64,000 bases of DNA from Gordius albopunctatus (Eukaryota). Position 1 is the first letter of the stretch. Every line of letters starts with the position of its first letter. This document shows positions 25,501-40,500 of the stretch, piece after piece. Both the position numbers and the translations under genes were made by a program. Where the stretch lies: NCBI GenBank assembly GCA_964276515.1, contig OZ193909.1, positions 11,222,001 to 11,286,000 of the forward strand, in the 5' to 3' direction. Under the pieces are notes generated by a model. The model did no database searches, had not been told where the DNA came from, and saw only the letters and a list, made by a program, of their open reading frames with translations.

Positions 25501-28500
25501 TATGTGTTAATAAATATAACCTGACACCAGCAATGAGGTGTTTAAGAAACCGAAAATTTATTAATAAAATATAAGTATGATTAATTATCAAGAATTATAA
25601 ATCAAAACCATATTATAGTATAAAAGGGCCATATAGAGAAATGATAAATAAAAAATGCTAGAATATAATTAAAAGGAAAGTTTTTCAAACAGCTTCTTAT
25701 CACAAAGCAATTGATTGGATGCGAAAATTAGATCTCATTTTATACCTTTATAATAATACAGGGTTAACTCCGTTTTTGAACAAAGAATTTTCCTTAACTA
25801 AACATATAAGATGACATAGGAATCAATAAATATAGATTTTTAAGTGAATATTAGAATATACGTATAAACATACGATATATGAGCAACAATCACTTTTACG
25901 TGGATTCTCACTAGATTATTTTGAGCTGCGTAGTAGCCTTATGGTAGTGTTGTAAAAGCGGCTGGGTTTTGTTTTATAGTCGACTAAACATAAACCTTTT
26001 GTCTGTTTATGAGACTAAAAGAAGTAGTCCGCGTATAACAACAGTCGTCGGTGATTACGTATTGAGAAGACACTTTCGTTAAAACATCCGATTTTTCGAG
26101 GTTTATTTTATTTAATTCAGACGAAGAAAAAGGGTTTAGCTGGACATTGGGATTTAAGAGATGGGCCACAATAAATTCGTTATTTAAATCCTTGCCGACA
26201 ATTATAGCTAACCACCATTTGTCCTCGTATCTAGTAGGTGCCACGTAACCATTTAGATTTTCAAAATCAATTTAATTCCCTATTTGAATTTCTTCCTCAA
26301 GATATTCAACTATAATAGAATACGTCTTAGTTTTAACAATCTTTCTATCAATCGGTATTGAAGCATGTAGCTTTTGCATTCCAGAAATACGTCTCGCTCG
26401 ATTGAACCTAGAAGCGAGTTTCAATTCCTCTCGTTTAAACTCGTCATTTGATATATTACCAAAACTTATGGTGTCAAAATCACTATTAGCCCATTCAAAC
26501 AATTTGAGAGGCTGTGCTATTTGATTTTCGAATGATCTTTGCAAACTCGTATAAGCCAAAAGTTTTAAAGTACCAGCAGCAGAGGTCAGATTTGTTTGGA
26601 ATTCTCTGCCCGAACCCGATCCGATTCAATTTTTTAACTTCATAGCCTGACCGAACCCATCTAAGTGTCCGCCTGGGCCTGCCCGGCCCGAAATATTAAA
26701 TTTGGCCGTTAGTCCCGAATTTGAGACATCCCAAAGAGAGGTCTCATTTGTTTAAATTTTTCTGCCCGAACCCGGCCCGGTCCAAATTTTTAACTAAATT
26801 CTCCGACTCAACCCTTCTAAGTGTCCGTTCGGCCATGCCCGAACCATTAGAGCTGCCCGGCATTATTAATAAAATTTTAAATCTAATTAAGAGTTAAGAT
26901 CAAGCACGATATTTTATATAATAAAAAGATTCAAAAATATAAAGCTTAAAAACAAATGGACAGGTACAGCATTTGCATAAACTTGGAACGGATAAATCAA
27001 ATCTCCTAAATTAATGCAAAAAAATTTGCCCAGAGTTTTTTTAAAAATATTTTATCATCCCTGGCAAAACCAATCATAGGTCACACAATTTTAATTGATG
27101 AATAAAAAATTATTTAAATTAGGATTACTTTTAGAATAAAAATTTTTATTTAAAGCAAAAAAAGAATGGTTGTGAATTAGTTATGTATTATAAAAATAAG
27201 TAGGAATCAAAAAGGCTGGACGAAATTTTATTTGTTAAAAAGATTAATGGATTAGAAACACTTATATGCGCATACATTGTGTGAAAATGGCATGACGCCT
27301 ATGTTTTAAGCCTAGACGGCACACATGTGTATTGCGAACAATGAAATGGCTACATAAATATAAATAATTCAATACTCCATAAACATAGCTAGGGATCTGA
27401 AAGAAATGGACTGGGGCAAAGATTTAACATGGGGGGTGGCAGCCCGCCCGTGCCCGCCCGAAAATTAAAATTTAACGGGCCGGGCATTTCTGGTCTCTGA
27501 CCAGCAGCACCATCGCAAGGACTTTTGCCATGAGAAGCTTCAAAAAAATGGCATTCTGCCTTGATCCCATCATCATCAATGTGATGGCATAGATTAATTG
27601 TATTTTTTATATTGAGCGTCAGATCCATCTGAAAAATAGTTTTAAAATGTTGGTTACAAATCGAGCGCTTTTAATAAAAGTTTATAAAACACTTTTGAAA
27701 AGTACTATAGCTGGGTAGTGTTAAAATGAAAGTTTACAAGTTAATTCATTGCCCATTTCATAGTAAACAACGAAGGGATGTACTGGACATTGGTTTAATG
27801 ATATGTCGAGCCGAGTCTTGCATTACAAGCCTCTAGTTTTCCGCAAGATTATTTAAAATTATTACTTCAGAACAATATAAATTAAGCTTGAAATTTTTAA
27901 GAAATATTGCTTGTTACTCGGCCATAAATGAATGATATAATAAATGGCCTACTTTTTCGCAAAAATCCTCAAGAAAATCTTCACATTGTAATTTCCGAAA
28001 TTTTTTTTATATGTATGACACCTGGACAATGTAAAAATTTTCCTAAATAACATATTGGAAGGGGCGGAGTACAAATAACTTTTGCTAAAATATCCTTATA
28101 TGTTTAAAGAGGGTATCTGTCATTGCTAGTTAATTTGTTGAGATTTGCTCCGATCATCATTAATTTGAGATTTTGTTGGTATTGGCAAACAGACATTGTG
28201 GGTGCCACTTCCTCCAGCCAAAATGCAATTTTCGGGCTTTAAATCTTTGCAAACTTTGAAAAGCTAACTTTAACCATGGGACTTGCTTCTTTACATAGGA
28301 AATAAATTTCTTTAGGATTTAATAAAACGAATCGTTTTTGCACTTAAGTCTTATTATTATTAACAATCATAGAGAAAAAATCTTTTTCCTGCCATTACCC
28401 TCGAATAATTATTTGATAAATAGAATTGTTAAGCTAATTCGATGTCAAAATTACTTAATGATATACCTGGCTTTAGATTTGGCGTGGACAAAATTTCCTT

Positions 28501-31500
28501 TTTTAATTGAATTTTTTTCGCCCGTCTTGCCATATAGTATGAAATATTGAAAATGGTCCAAATTTTTCAGGCCGATCAACTATGAGTGGTTAATGTCAGA
28601 GAATGCGATATTTATTACTTTCGTTTACTCAAGGAATACTAATTTTATACTATCTAGAAGTTCAGAATCGATCGAAGATTGATTGTTTTCATCGTAGGCT
28701 TTTTTAATTTTTGCTAATTTTTTCCCCTGTCTTTTTATTTTGACAGGCGTTTCGGCAATCATTAGTCTTGAATAGATGGTCTTGCTTTATCGAAAATCTA
28801 TTTTTTGGTGAGTAAGAAGGATCAATAGAAGGGTTTATATTGGGATTTTCGCCAACTTTTTATTTCTTTGACTTTAACCTTATGGGTGTTGAATGGATTA
28901 CAACAACAATTATTTTATGCATAAAAATTGATTAACACTAACTTGTTTTCGTAAAAATAAACTTTAACCAAAAAAATAAAAAAAGGTAGTAAGAGAGTTG
29001 AAACCGAATATTCCAATTCAGTTGTATATTAATTGAAAAATGGTCAACTTTTTTATTTCAAATTATTTTATGATCATAATAACAAAACATAGAGTCAGAT
29101 GTCGAAGTTCGATTTATAGCCTTTCACGGCCCTCAACTTGAATGTAGTTGTCCAAATGATCTAAAACCTTCCAAATTTAATAATATTGATAGTCCTCACT
29201 TAAAATCCTAAAAATCTGAGGGATCGATTAAAAACATGGCTATTTGGCATGTTCCTTTTATAGGTTTCTTTTAATTTACCGATTTGACCTCAAAAAATTG
29301 TTTGTAAAGGTTTGAGGTGTTTGTTATAAACTTTAAAAGAGAATTTTTTAGGGTCAAAATATACTAAAATTCAAGAATAGAGCGCCAAAACATTTAAAAT
29401 TAGGAAAAAATTAGTAATTTAAAACCGGCTCGAGTGTGATCCATGCCCGTTGTGCGTTTATAACACAAATTATAATGGTCCAAAATAGCTATTTTATCTA
29501 TTTTTTTCTATAATAGAGGATGTTAGCTCTTAATAGCTCAACAACATTGTAAAATGTTGAAATTATATTTCACCTTTGCTTTACTTGAATAATTTTTATT
29601 TTTTAGGAAATTCAAAGAAATGCTGCATTCAAAGATATGTTAAGAGAGAAGTCGACCACATCAATAATCAGCTCCATTTTTCATATTGTGGTAAATTTTT
29701 TTTAATTATAAGTTTTTTTAAATTATGATCTTTTAATTAAATGAAAGAAAAATAATGTAGATTAATGCTTTTTTACATAATTATCCATTACCCAAATGTT
29801 ACATAAAGGATCAGCTATTATTAAATTTGTTCATCAACCTTCTTCCCCCTTGTGGGCTCCCCAAATAGCATTTCAAAAAATAGCTTTTACATCGTAGATT
29901 ATTGCATGCTTTACAACCACTTGTAATTGCTATGAGATTTATGGGCTCACGTTCGGTAAAAAATATCCCGGCCCGTCTTGTCCCCTCCCCTCCACCCTGG
30001 GTCTATAATGATTAAATTAAAATCCGAGAATAATTTTTCGCCTCCAAATGTAAACTAGCTAATGACCGCCGCTAGTTATCTTCAATTTTTCTGACCCCGC
30101 CCGAGACCAAATTCAATTTTTATTTTTGTGCCTAAATTAATTCCCTTTTAAATCTTAATCCATTCTTTTTGCAGCCTATCCAACTTGTTGCTTTATAACG
30201 GAGAACTGCGAACCTGGCTGAATTATTATTACCAAAAAACAAAACGATGACCGTTGTTTACATTTATCACCTTATAATACAATTGATTTTATTTAATCAA
30301 TACATATGCACATATTTGTTTAGATTTTGTACAAAGATATTTTGCCATCCATATGTATTTTGGGGTTCGAAATTTTGGGAGTATACGCCTCTTGGGTCGA
30401 CATCAATTTGGTCGCCAATGCCGCCTTCCTCCAAATATTTCTTACCCTCATGGCGTCGTCTCCCACCACACCACCAGTTGAAGGGAGTATTATTGATATT
30501 AAGGAAAACCGAGATTTAATCCTGGCTGGTATCGATGCCCTCATCGATATACTGAATAAAAAGATGGAACCTTTAGCTAAGGCTGATTTTTTGGAGACCA
30601 TTTACCAGGCTATCTACACGTTTGGGGGAGAACCTTACGGCAGACTGTTGAGGCTGCTTCAAGACAAGAGTTTACTAGTGGTAGGTTTATTACTTTTTAA
30701 ATAATCAGTGGGTTAGGGGTATATCTAGCTACGCTATGACATATTTGAATGATATTGACTTTTGATAAAATTCTTAGAATTCAATTAAAATTACTTACTA
30801 TACGAATTTATTAATTATTGTTATTTTATATAAATTAAATTATTATAATTTTGAAGAAATATAAAAATAATAACATTCTGGAGAGTATCATGTGTAGTCT
30901 GTAAGCTTCTCTACCATTCAAAGCAATGTACATTATAAACAGCATGCTTAAAATTTAATTTGTTAATTTCTATAATTAATTTTTTTAAATTTGGAATATT
31001 AATACTTAACAATCTTTTTCATTTTTATTGAAGAAACGTATGTTTGCTTTATTTATTTTTTCTAATAGTGTCCTACTTTAATAGATTTTTAATATTTTAC
31101 ACAGATGCAAAATATCTCTGATAAAATAACAACGTTTATATTTTAATTATTTGTTCATGTTAACAGTTTGACATTTATACTGGAAAGACCCTTTAAAAAT
31201 TGGGTTTTTTCAAGTTCAGGTATAAATGTTTTTAACCCAGTTATTTTAATATCAATTTATATCTAATCGGGCGACTTATTAGGGCCATTGATAATATTCT
31301 CGTAATTTTGGGAATATAGGCGAAAGCAATTTTATAGCATGATATTTTGAAAAAGTAACGTCATACATAACTAGCTCAAATGCTATGCTGTTAAGTTTGC
31401 CGAACGATATATAAGCAATTCTATATTTTAAGGTTGACAAATTACGCATATATTTTTTTTAATTTTCCAGGCCGAGGATGTAAGTATAATGGTTAAAAAG

Positions 31501-34500
31501 GGTAAATTACTGTCAACCTTTGGTACCTTGTTGATCGCCAGTTGGGAGAAGTAAGGGTTTTATCGGCTAAACCATCAAATATATACATCTATTAGGTTGC
31601 TTAAAACTCATATGGAAGACAAAAAATCTGTCATTTTTTATACCATCATCTCTAAGTATGACCTCATGCTAGAATACTTAACTTGTCCCAACGCCAAAGT
31701 TGCTGCTTCTATTTTGCCCTTCGCCAATGACTTTATCAATTTGCTCATCAAAAAAGGGCCTGCATCATACGACGAGATCTTCAAGGGGAAATTACAGGTA
31801 AGCCCCCTCTAATTAATTAAAGGATATTATTTCTCAGTGCTATTGGTGGAATCTATTAATAAAATGGCTTGTTTTGGATTAGTAATAATTTTGCAAAATA
31901 TCCCGTCTTATATAATAGGAGATGATGCAGGCTACTATCACGCATTTAAGACTGCCTCAATCTTTAAACCTGGATTGCACGGTAAATGTGTTTACTCATC
32001 GCCACTAAACGTGTTGGTATTAATTTTTTTTCTTTAGGACGAAGAAAATTTGTACAGTTCAATTCAAGAGAGTCGAAAACATTTTAAAGTTCTTTTTGAA
32101 AACATCGCAACTCAAGTATACTAAGATTGCCTATTTGTAAATTTCAAATGTATATGATTTAGTACTGTAAACATTTGTAAAAAATCGAACGCGTTCACGT
32201 TCGTTCATAATTTTATGATAAATTTTTTTTTAATTTTATTTAATATAAATAAATGTCTTATATTTTTTAATACAATAAATAGCCATGATAAAAAATAATA
32301 ATTTTATTTCGACAATATAATTATAGATCCATATAATCTATTTTCTTATTGATTCTTAATAATAATTGCTTTTCGAAATTGTCGTCTGATAAGCAGGAAC
32401 GCTTGGCAGTTCATACAGCATTAGCTATAGTAAAAACCCGCTCGACAGGGGCAGATGAGGGGATTGGAGTATTATACTTAATAAACAAATTTTTTAAAGG
32501 AGGAAATTTATTAAAAAAATTTAATGTTTTGTCCCTCGCTTCAAAAAATTGCGACAAGATATCATCCTCCAATCCGCCCTCTACTTCCTCGTCAAAAAAA
32601 TGATATCTCGGAATTGAAAGCTCTTTCATTATCAATTCTATGGGTTTCAACCCCTTTTTCCAATAAACTAAAAGTTTATTCTTTAAAGGTTCATTTTCTC
32701 GAAGTTTAATCCAAGGCCACCTTGATACAGAGATAATACTTTATGTAAACATTTTACATTTGGTAATTATTGAATTCGATCCTTTATATGAAACGAGTGA
32801 AAAATATTGTTCATATTTTGGCCATGGCAATTTCAATTCATCTGCTGATTTTGAATATTCAGAATCTGAAGATGACGACGAAAAAATATTATGATTGTCC
32901 ATATTAACCTATAAATTAAACTATAATTAATAATATCAAACTAATTAACTTTAATCTTATCTTCTTTTGCACGTTATAGTATGTTGAAAGTATTTCGGAA
33001 TTGGTAATAGGAAACAGGAAAAACAGCTGATTAAAAAATATAAGACTTTTTTGTTAAATTCGGATTAACATTAATTTTCAAATAAATAAGAATAAAAAAG
33101 GGTTTTTAAAATTGAACGAACGTTAAATTTGAACGCGTTCACGTTCAAAGTTCACCAAAAAATAAAAGAACGCCGTTCATGAACGCGTTCATAAAATTTG
33201 AACGCGTTTAGCACTAATATGATTAAATTCCCTCTATTAATTTGCTTCTATTTTTTTAATTGAGTAATAACTTTAAAAACCTAACAAGCAACAGTTTCAT
33301 AAAATTCTCTTAATAGGAACTAATTTTTTTAAATAGACATAGATAAATCATTTGTTGTTGAATATTATTTTAATAAGAGAATGGCAGAGAATAAATATGT
33401 TTTTTGCTGACAAATAATGCTTTAAGCAAATTTTATTTTTTAATTTTAGTTATTTAAATTCTAAACACTTTTATTCAAGTGTGTTTTTGTCAAGTTTTAA
33501 ACAATAATGTCACACACAATTACCCCTAATGCTTGATTATTCCAAATATTCTTGAGCTACTTATTGTTAAATATCTAAGAAGGTTTAACTGCAACAATTA
33601 AGATCAGCGTTATCATATTGGTTTTCAATGCATAGTCTTCTTTTCTTCTTTATCAGTTATTTGGTCCCACATTGGTGGGGTTTGTTTTGATGAGTCTCTT
33701 CCATCTTGACCGGGTTAGTGCCATGTCTTGACGAATCTCTTTAGTTTCCATAACTTTATCGACTTGCCTTTTCCACGTGACACGTGGTCGTCCTCTTCCT
33801 CTCTTCCCCGGTATTTTCATGTCTAGCACTTTTCGATTTACGTCATCCGGGTCCCTTCTTAGTATATGCCCATACCACCTTAGCCGATTTTCGTTAATCA
33901 TGTCCGCCATAGGTTGAATACCCATTTTTGTCATGAGAAAGTCATTCGTCATATGGTCGAGCTTAGTATACCCCAAGCTCCACCGTATCATTCTCCTCTC
34001 CGTGGCTTGTAATAGCTTTCCTTCCGTGGTGTTATGGTGGATATACGGAAAAGCTGACATCCATTTTATTTTGCCTCACAAATTTGCTTAGTTTTTCCAT
34101 GAACGATTATGCAATGTCGTACACTCGATCCGTACCTATGTTGATTTATGATTTTTTTATTTTTTTGAAACTCCTTATTGTTAATCACATCAATAGTTTT
34201 GCCTTCTCCCTTTAGTATTTCCAATCAGTGTTGCGATCCATCCTACAGTATTGTGTATGCTTTAAAGAATGGTGGAATCACGAACCTAAAGATGTCGAAC
34301 TTTGCCTCACGCTTATCACATACCTCAACGACTCTTACAACGTAATATATATCAACTTCCTTGCTCTTTATATTACTTTACTTCTTTCAGACTTATAAAA
34401 ATTCATTCGCACGCAAAGCGCATTCCAAGAAGTTAATTGATGTTGAAAATGAGCCCCTTCAACAGTCAACCTCTATTTTAGATCAAATTATTGAAACGGT

Positions 34501-37500
34501 AAATCATGTATTCAATTATGACACTAATTATATTTTAACATTAGATGATGAGCAGTCGATTAGAAAGACACCCCATGCCAATTATTCAGATGACATTTTT
34601 TGAGATTATAAATCAGTATTATCGTTATTTTAGCAAAAATCCCAAGTACATTCCCGTCATGTTGGTAAGAGCTGCAACCCTATTAACATCCTTTTCTAGC
34701 ACAATTACAAAATATAATATGTTTTTTAGCAATACGCCTATTGACTTGTTTTTATGGTTCTTTTAAGCTCGTTACCTGAATCAAGCTCAATGTCATGACG
34801 CAAGATGAGCAATTACATTAAACGCGCTTTATTTGGCTTTGCTTAATTAAGCTAAAATTAGGATTGATAACAGTCGAATGAGCCTTATAAAATTTATTTT
34901 TAAAAAGAAATTTTCAACGGGGGTTTTTCTACTGACATGGGGGGGGGGGCCTTACGCCACGATGTGTATTATAAGTAGGCTCGTTTGCAGCTATCAGTCG
35001 CTTGCTTTAAAGTTGAAACAGCAGGTGTTTGAAGAAAGTGAAATTGCTGTGATTGGTATAGAAGGAAAGGGTTGAGAAGAATATATATATGTCCTGAAAT
35101 AGTTTTTTACTCCTATCCGTTTACCCTATGCGTATGCTTTTCTAACATCTGTCCGAAAACATTGCGTCTATTTAAACCGCCCTTAATCTAACTATTAGTT
35201 ATATCACAAGGGTTATCTTTTCTAATTTACCCATCGTTGATGATATCCTTATCCTTTTTAGGTTCTAAGTATGCGATCAGCCAAGCATATATTCATAAAA
35301 CTTTGCGTATTTTTATTAATTATACTTTTTTGTTTGCTCTTGTATAGGAAGCCTTTCAGGGGGACCATGGCATACAAAACCGAAATTCTAAAATAGGGAC
35401 TCGTTGCCTTCACATTTATTGCCGTTTGATTAAGCAATTAAGGTATAAATTTTTTCGAATCCATCGTAGGGATATTACGCGGTCCTAAGTCAGATAGTCT
35501 TCCAACGCATGTTTAGGATTTTTTGATATTCCCTAGTTTAAATTTAAATAGTGTGACACGGATGTTGAGGATGCTAACGACCTCAAACTTCAAGCAGCCA
35601 TTGTTTCTCAATATGTAAAGTTAAATTAATTTTTATTCCAGACTTTGGTAATTTTGTTAAAAGTTGCAATTTTTTGTTGGGTACCTTTACTAGTAAAAAT
35701 TAGATTGGCTACCAAACCATAAAATAATATCCAAACTTAACTCTTAATATAAAGCCATTATTTTGTAAAATTATCAGTTAGAAGATACCATTTATCCCAA
35801 GTGTCATTATTGATAAACATGGACCGGTAGAGTAAGATAGGGTTTAAATAAAATTTAGGCGGACTCCACATTTTGAAATACTACTTGTGGTAAGAGTCAT
35901 TAGGTTTTGTCGCTATACTATTGGAAAATGAAATGTTAATTCAGAAATAATATATTCGCAGTGGTTTTAAGCCTCTGTCTTTTATCTAAATGAATTACAA
36001 AGTATAGATTTTTGGTGTCAAACAGAAATTGTTAAAAACACATTTTACTATTGGAAAGCCGTTATAAATTGCCTGGGGTCCTCAGGAGCCCAGCTCATTG
36101 TTTATTATAATAACGTCTTAGAATTTTAACGAATAATTTTGTTGTGGGTTTGTAAATCAATTAGGACTCTAATAATAATATTACAAAAATACCGCTGCTA
36201 TAATCAACCCTTATCTATTTTTGACACTAAGACCTCAACTAGCGCCGTATGCGGGTTCTATATTGCCTTATATGCAACAATTTATAAATCAGAGGAATAT
36301 GCAACAAGATTCTTTAACCGTTTTCAAGCCAGAAGACTATAACGTACTTTATGAAGCGTATTCAATTTCAATCCTTTCTGCCGATTATCCATTAGAGGTT
36401 TTATGATTTATTATAAATAACCATAATCTGAAAATATTAGTGTTTATAAGCATATTTCATGTTTTATTAAAATTAATTGTTTACGTTTAACAAAGGGTAC
36501 GATGGGAGATTGTAATGTTTCTTTTAAAAAGAAAAGCTATTTTAAATTGCAAAATTAATAATCAATCAGAAATTATATACTTTTTCTTTTTAATTAAAAA
36601 ATTTATAAATGCTATTACATCTAGAACCCTGCACGGGTCGCCCGACCCGAGCCCGATCGGGCCGGCTCGGGCAAAATTTTATTATATAATCGGGGCTCGG
36701 GTCGGGCCTGATGTGGCAGTCCGACCCGTGGCCCGAGCCCGGCCCGAATTGAACTAAAACAAATTAATCTCTTATAAAATAGGATTTAAATAAAATTCTA
36801 TATTAAATAATTATTTTTCGCACAGCGTACATTATATAACTCCCAAACTTTAGCTTTTTCCCTTGTCTATTATTATAAAACTGACCTGAATTGCAAATCT
36901 TATTCTAGTATTTAAATAGATTTATAGTAGCACAACTTTAGAAATATGATAAGTAAATACGTGTAATAACAATCTAATGCATTTTATATTAAGATGGTGA
37001 AATAATTTTCAAAAATATATTTCTCAAAAATTTTATTTAAAAAATCGGGCCGGGCTCGGCAGAAGAAATTTCATTTTACAGTGCTCTAATTAGATCCTAC
37101 ACAAAGCTTAATTAATAGCAAAATAAATTATAATAATTTTTAATGTTTAGAAAAAGAAGGAAACTATGGAAAATATGCTGATGGCTCTTATGACACAATT
37201 GAGATCCAACGCAGAATCTATCAACACTCTCGATGGTCTGGATCCTAAAGAAAGATTTAAAATTGCGAAAAATATTGTTTTTAGGATGACGTATATCGTT
37301 AGTTATATCATGTAATCAAAACTGTCAATTACTATATTTGCATGCTTACCTGTTTAACTGTCAAAAAAATTATTTGTGATGTGAAATTCACATAAACAAT
37401 ATTGTTTTAGCCACACTACCAAAGCTTTTTCTCCCCACCTCACCATGAAGCAACTCGGCGTGCTTCCCATATATTTGTACATTTTGGAAAATTTATTGAA

Positions 37501-40500
37501 CCTTGTCGACTTGAATTATGGCAAAAGTGGTGATGTTTCGTTGAAACTTTGGTTCCAAAGTAAAGTGCGTCAATACTTCCACGTGATGATCGTAAGTTAT
37601 CGGTTGCTCATGAATTTAAATATATTACGGTGTAACTTAATTAAAAAACTAGGCAATATGAAATTTCTAACTTTAAAAGCTTTCCTTAAAATGTATTTTG
37701 AGCATTTAAGAGTAATTATTGTTCTGGAAAATGGTGTCATTCTCTAAATATGTTCACAGTCTTATAACGTCATATTTTTTAAAGCAAACAATGAAAATTT
37801 ATTACAAGCCTTTTAATTTATCATAATGTGTTTTAAGGTATGTTTGGATGATGAGATCGTACCCTACATTCCCAAAGCCTTCCAAAAATTTATGATGGAT
37901 TGTGATTACAAGAGCATTCAAGAGCTCATCCCTCTAGTCAATCAAATAACGAGCAAATACAAGGTATATATATATGGAGAGTATTAAAACATACGCTCAT
38001 TTTTTGCGTTGTTTTAGAAGAATGCGGTTCCGTTGTTGAACGCCCTCTTTATGCCACTGGTCAATACTATTTTTGCCTTGCTCAACAAACCCTACGACGT
38101 TCAAGACCCTCACGAATGCTCCGACAGGAACAATTTACAACGCAATTACTATTCCTTTCTCGCAAATATCATTCACCAAAATAACATGCTAAACGTGATA
38201 GTTAATCAAGGTTCCATAAATTTGAGTTTTTTAAATTTAGAGATAGATCCATTTAAATAAGGGTCATTTGATCGCTATAAGCTATCTTGCCTCCCTCCTG
38301 TTTGTTTTGTTACACGTTTTTAAAAGGTAAAAAATTCTAACTCATTTCTATTTGTGGGAGGAGGGGAGGGAGAACGTTCTAATTTTAGGAGATTTTCTAA
38401 TAGCTTACGCTGTACAAAATCACATTATATTGGTCTTGGTCGTTTGTTATGGCACCTTTATAAAGAAAGGTTTGTTGACTTTCAAGCAATCAGCGTTTAT
38501 TACTTTTTTACATTAAAAAGTCACTTCTCTCTTTTATATATATTGCAAAGTCGCTCTAGACAATTAGTCTCCTTTATTTCGTAAGCTATTGGTTAATATG
38601 CATGTAATGATTCTTAAGGCGGATAGTGCGCCAATATTGACTTATTTGGCTCAAATCGCGTTGAAAATTTCAACTTGTATTTCGCAGTAGATCTCTATTT
38701 TTATCTATCTATATATATAAAGTAAAGTCTATGTATGTATATATGTGTGTATGTAAGGGCTAAATTCTGAAACTACCGGCCCGATTCGCGCGAAAATTTA
38801 ACCGTAGATGCCCAGGGCGGCCAGGGGTAAAATAGCTTTTTCAGAATCCTAAAATTCCTTTTAGTTTTAAAAATATGGGTCTTTTAGCTTTAAAAAATAG
38901 CTTAATTCTAAAACTACCGGCCCGATTCGCGCGAAAATTTAGCCATAGATGCCCAGGGATGCCAGGGGTAAAATAGCTTTTTCAGATTCCTAAAATAGCT
39001 TTTCGTTTTAAAAATATCGGACATTTCCCGGCCAGTTTCATTTATAGCATCATATACAATAATGACGTCATATATACAAGGCTAAAGTTTTCTCGAATTA
39101 GATATTTAAAAGTATAATAAAAATGTTACAGTATACGGTCAAAATAATTGGTGTTTAACAAACTATTTAAATTAAATAAATAATATTTAAATTATTATCA
39201 CGTGGTCGATTATAGAAGCATATTTTTAATAATTATCCATCCTTCAATTAATTATTTTATTATATTAAAGAAAATTGTATTTTAAATAAATCAGCTAACT
39301 AGAAAAATAAAATAATGGTATTATTGTATAATAAGTAAAAGCATTGATCAGCAATTTTTTCAAAAACATTTAATTTTAGTCGGATTTGATGACTAAAACA
39401 GAATTCGCATTTGGTTTGTCTTATTATATATATACTAAAAATAGTGGGTTCATAAAATCCATGACGTGATAAAATTCGTGCTCTAAATAAATATTATGGA
39501 TATTTTATTTATTTTAATTATTATTTCATATATGACCCCATTTTAGACTTATTTAACCACTTAAGGACTGAGCCAAAGCAACGCTTGGCCGGGCACAGCT
39601 AGTTTAACATAAAATATATTTTGTTTATCCTTTATTCATCACTTTAGGTGAGGAGAGTATGAAAGTTATTATCGAGACCATAATCTACGGCGCTAAAGAT
39701 TCGGCCGATCCCGTGGTACTTAATATATTTATTTGCATAAATCATTGTTATATTTGATAGATCCAAAAAAATTGTTTTACTCTCTTCCGTAAATTTATCG
39801 ACTCCTGGGGTAAGACTGCAAATATTTCCTTAAAGCCGTTTTTTATAATAATATAAAAATTATAGGAAAAGATGAAACCCGTTCTAATCTCAAAACTTTT
39901 ATCTACTCATCGCTTATACCCGCATGTTTTGCCGCTCCATTGAAATCTTCCTTCGATATTAAAGACGCTCAAACGATACAAGTTAATTGATTAGTGTTAT
40001 TTATGTTAATGCCTCCCCTTCCTTTTAGGCTCTTAACGAGTGCGCTGCCTGCATTCAACTCATATACGCCAAAGAAGTAATATTCTTGGGTCTTCTTTAC
40101 TTTTCTTTATTCAAAAGTTATTTAAATTGTTTGCCTTAGTTTCTAATATATTTTATGTTTTCCTGGAGAATATATTGATTAAACTATAGATGCAGCATTG
40201 CATCTAAGAGCAAACGAATAAAAAGTATCGGCGACAATATATGCTTACAAGAATTACAAATTGAGACAAACTTTTTGAATATGGCTTTTAGACAAGTATG
40301 CATTAGAGTTTTGCTTGCTAAAATAATTTTGGGGGCGTCAGGTACACTGGATCACTATTAGAAGAATGAAACAAGTTTCTCTATTTTTGATGGTCTTACA
40401 TATTAAATATTAATTAAAAATAATGTTCTTGGCTGTGTTTAGTTATTAAATTAGTTCACCCAAATAAAATTATGGGCTAGCTGGGTCGGGAAATATATGC

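Larger units (their letters stand above)
21269..25526. mobile_element. Ginger1-like element (intron-containing Gypsy-type integrase + GPY + OTU) rearranged into a foldback
   Basis: 14-bp TIR tgtcaggctatatt / aatataacctgaca; integrase QGREFVN..TSAYHPQGNGLVER; WYGPY; OTU motif DGNCFFRCLSQAVYG; ~40-nt introns; no RT or LTR; flanking 4-mers do not match. Confidence 0.75.

Noticed and set aside
30320..30601. Overlapping antisense/alternative ORFs
   Set aside because: Shadows of XPOT exon 6.
31837..32037. ORF as an XPOT exon implying a frameshift or non-canonical splice
   Set aside because: Using the acceptor at 31918 gives an in-phase exon (EMMQATITHLRLPQSLNLDCT) in another frame, so there is no anomaly.
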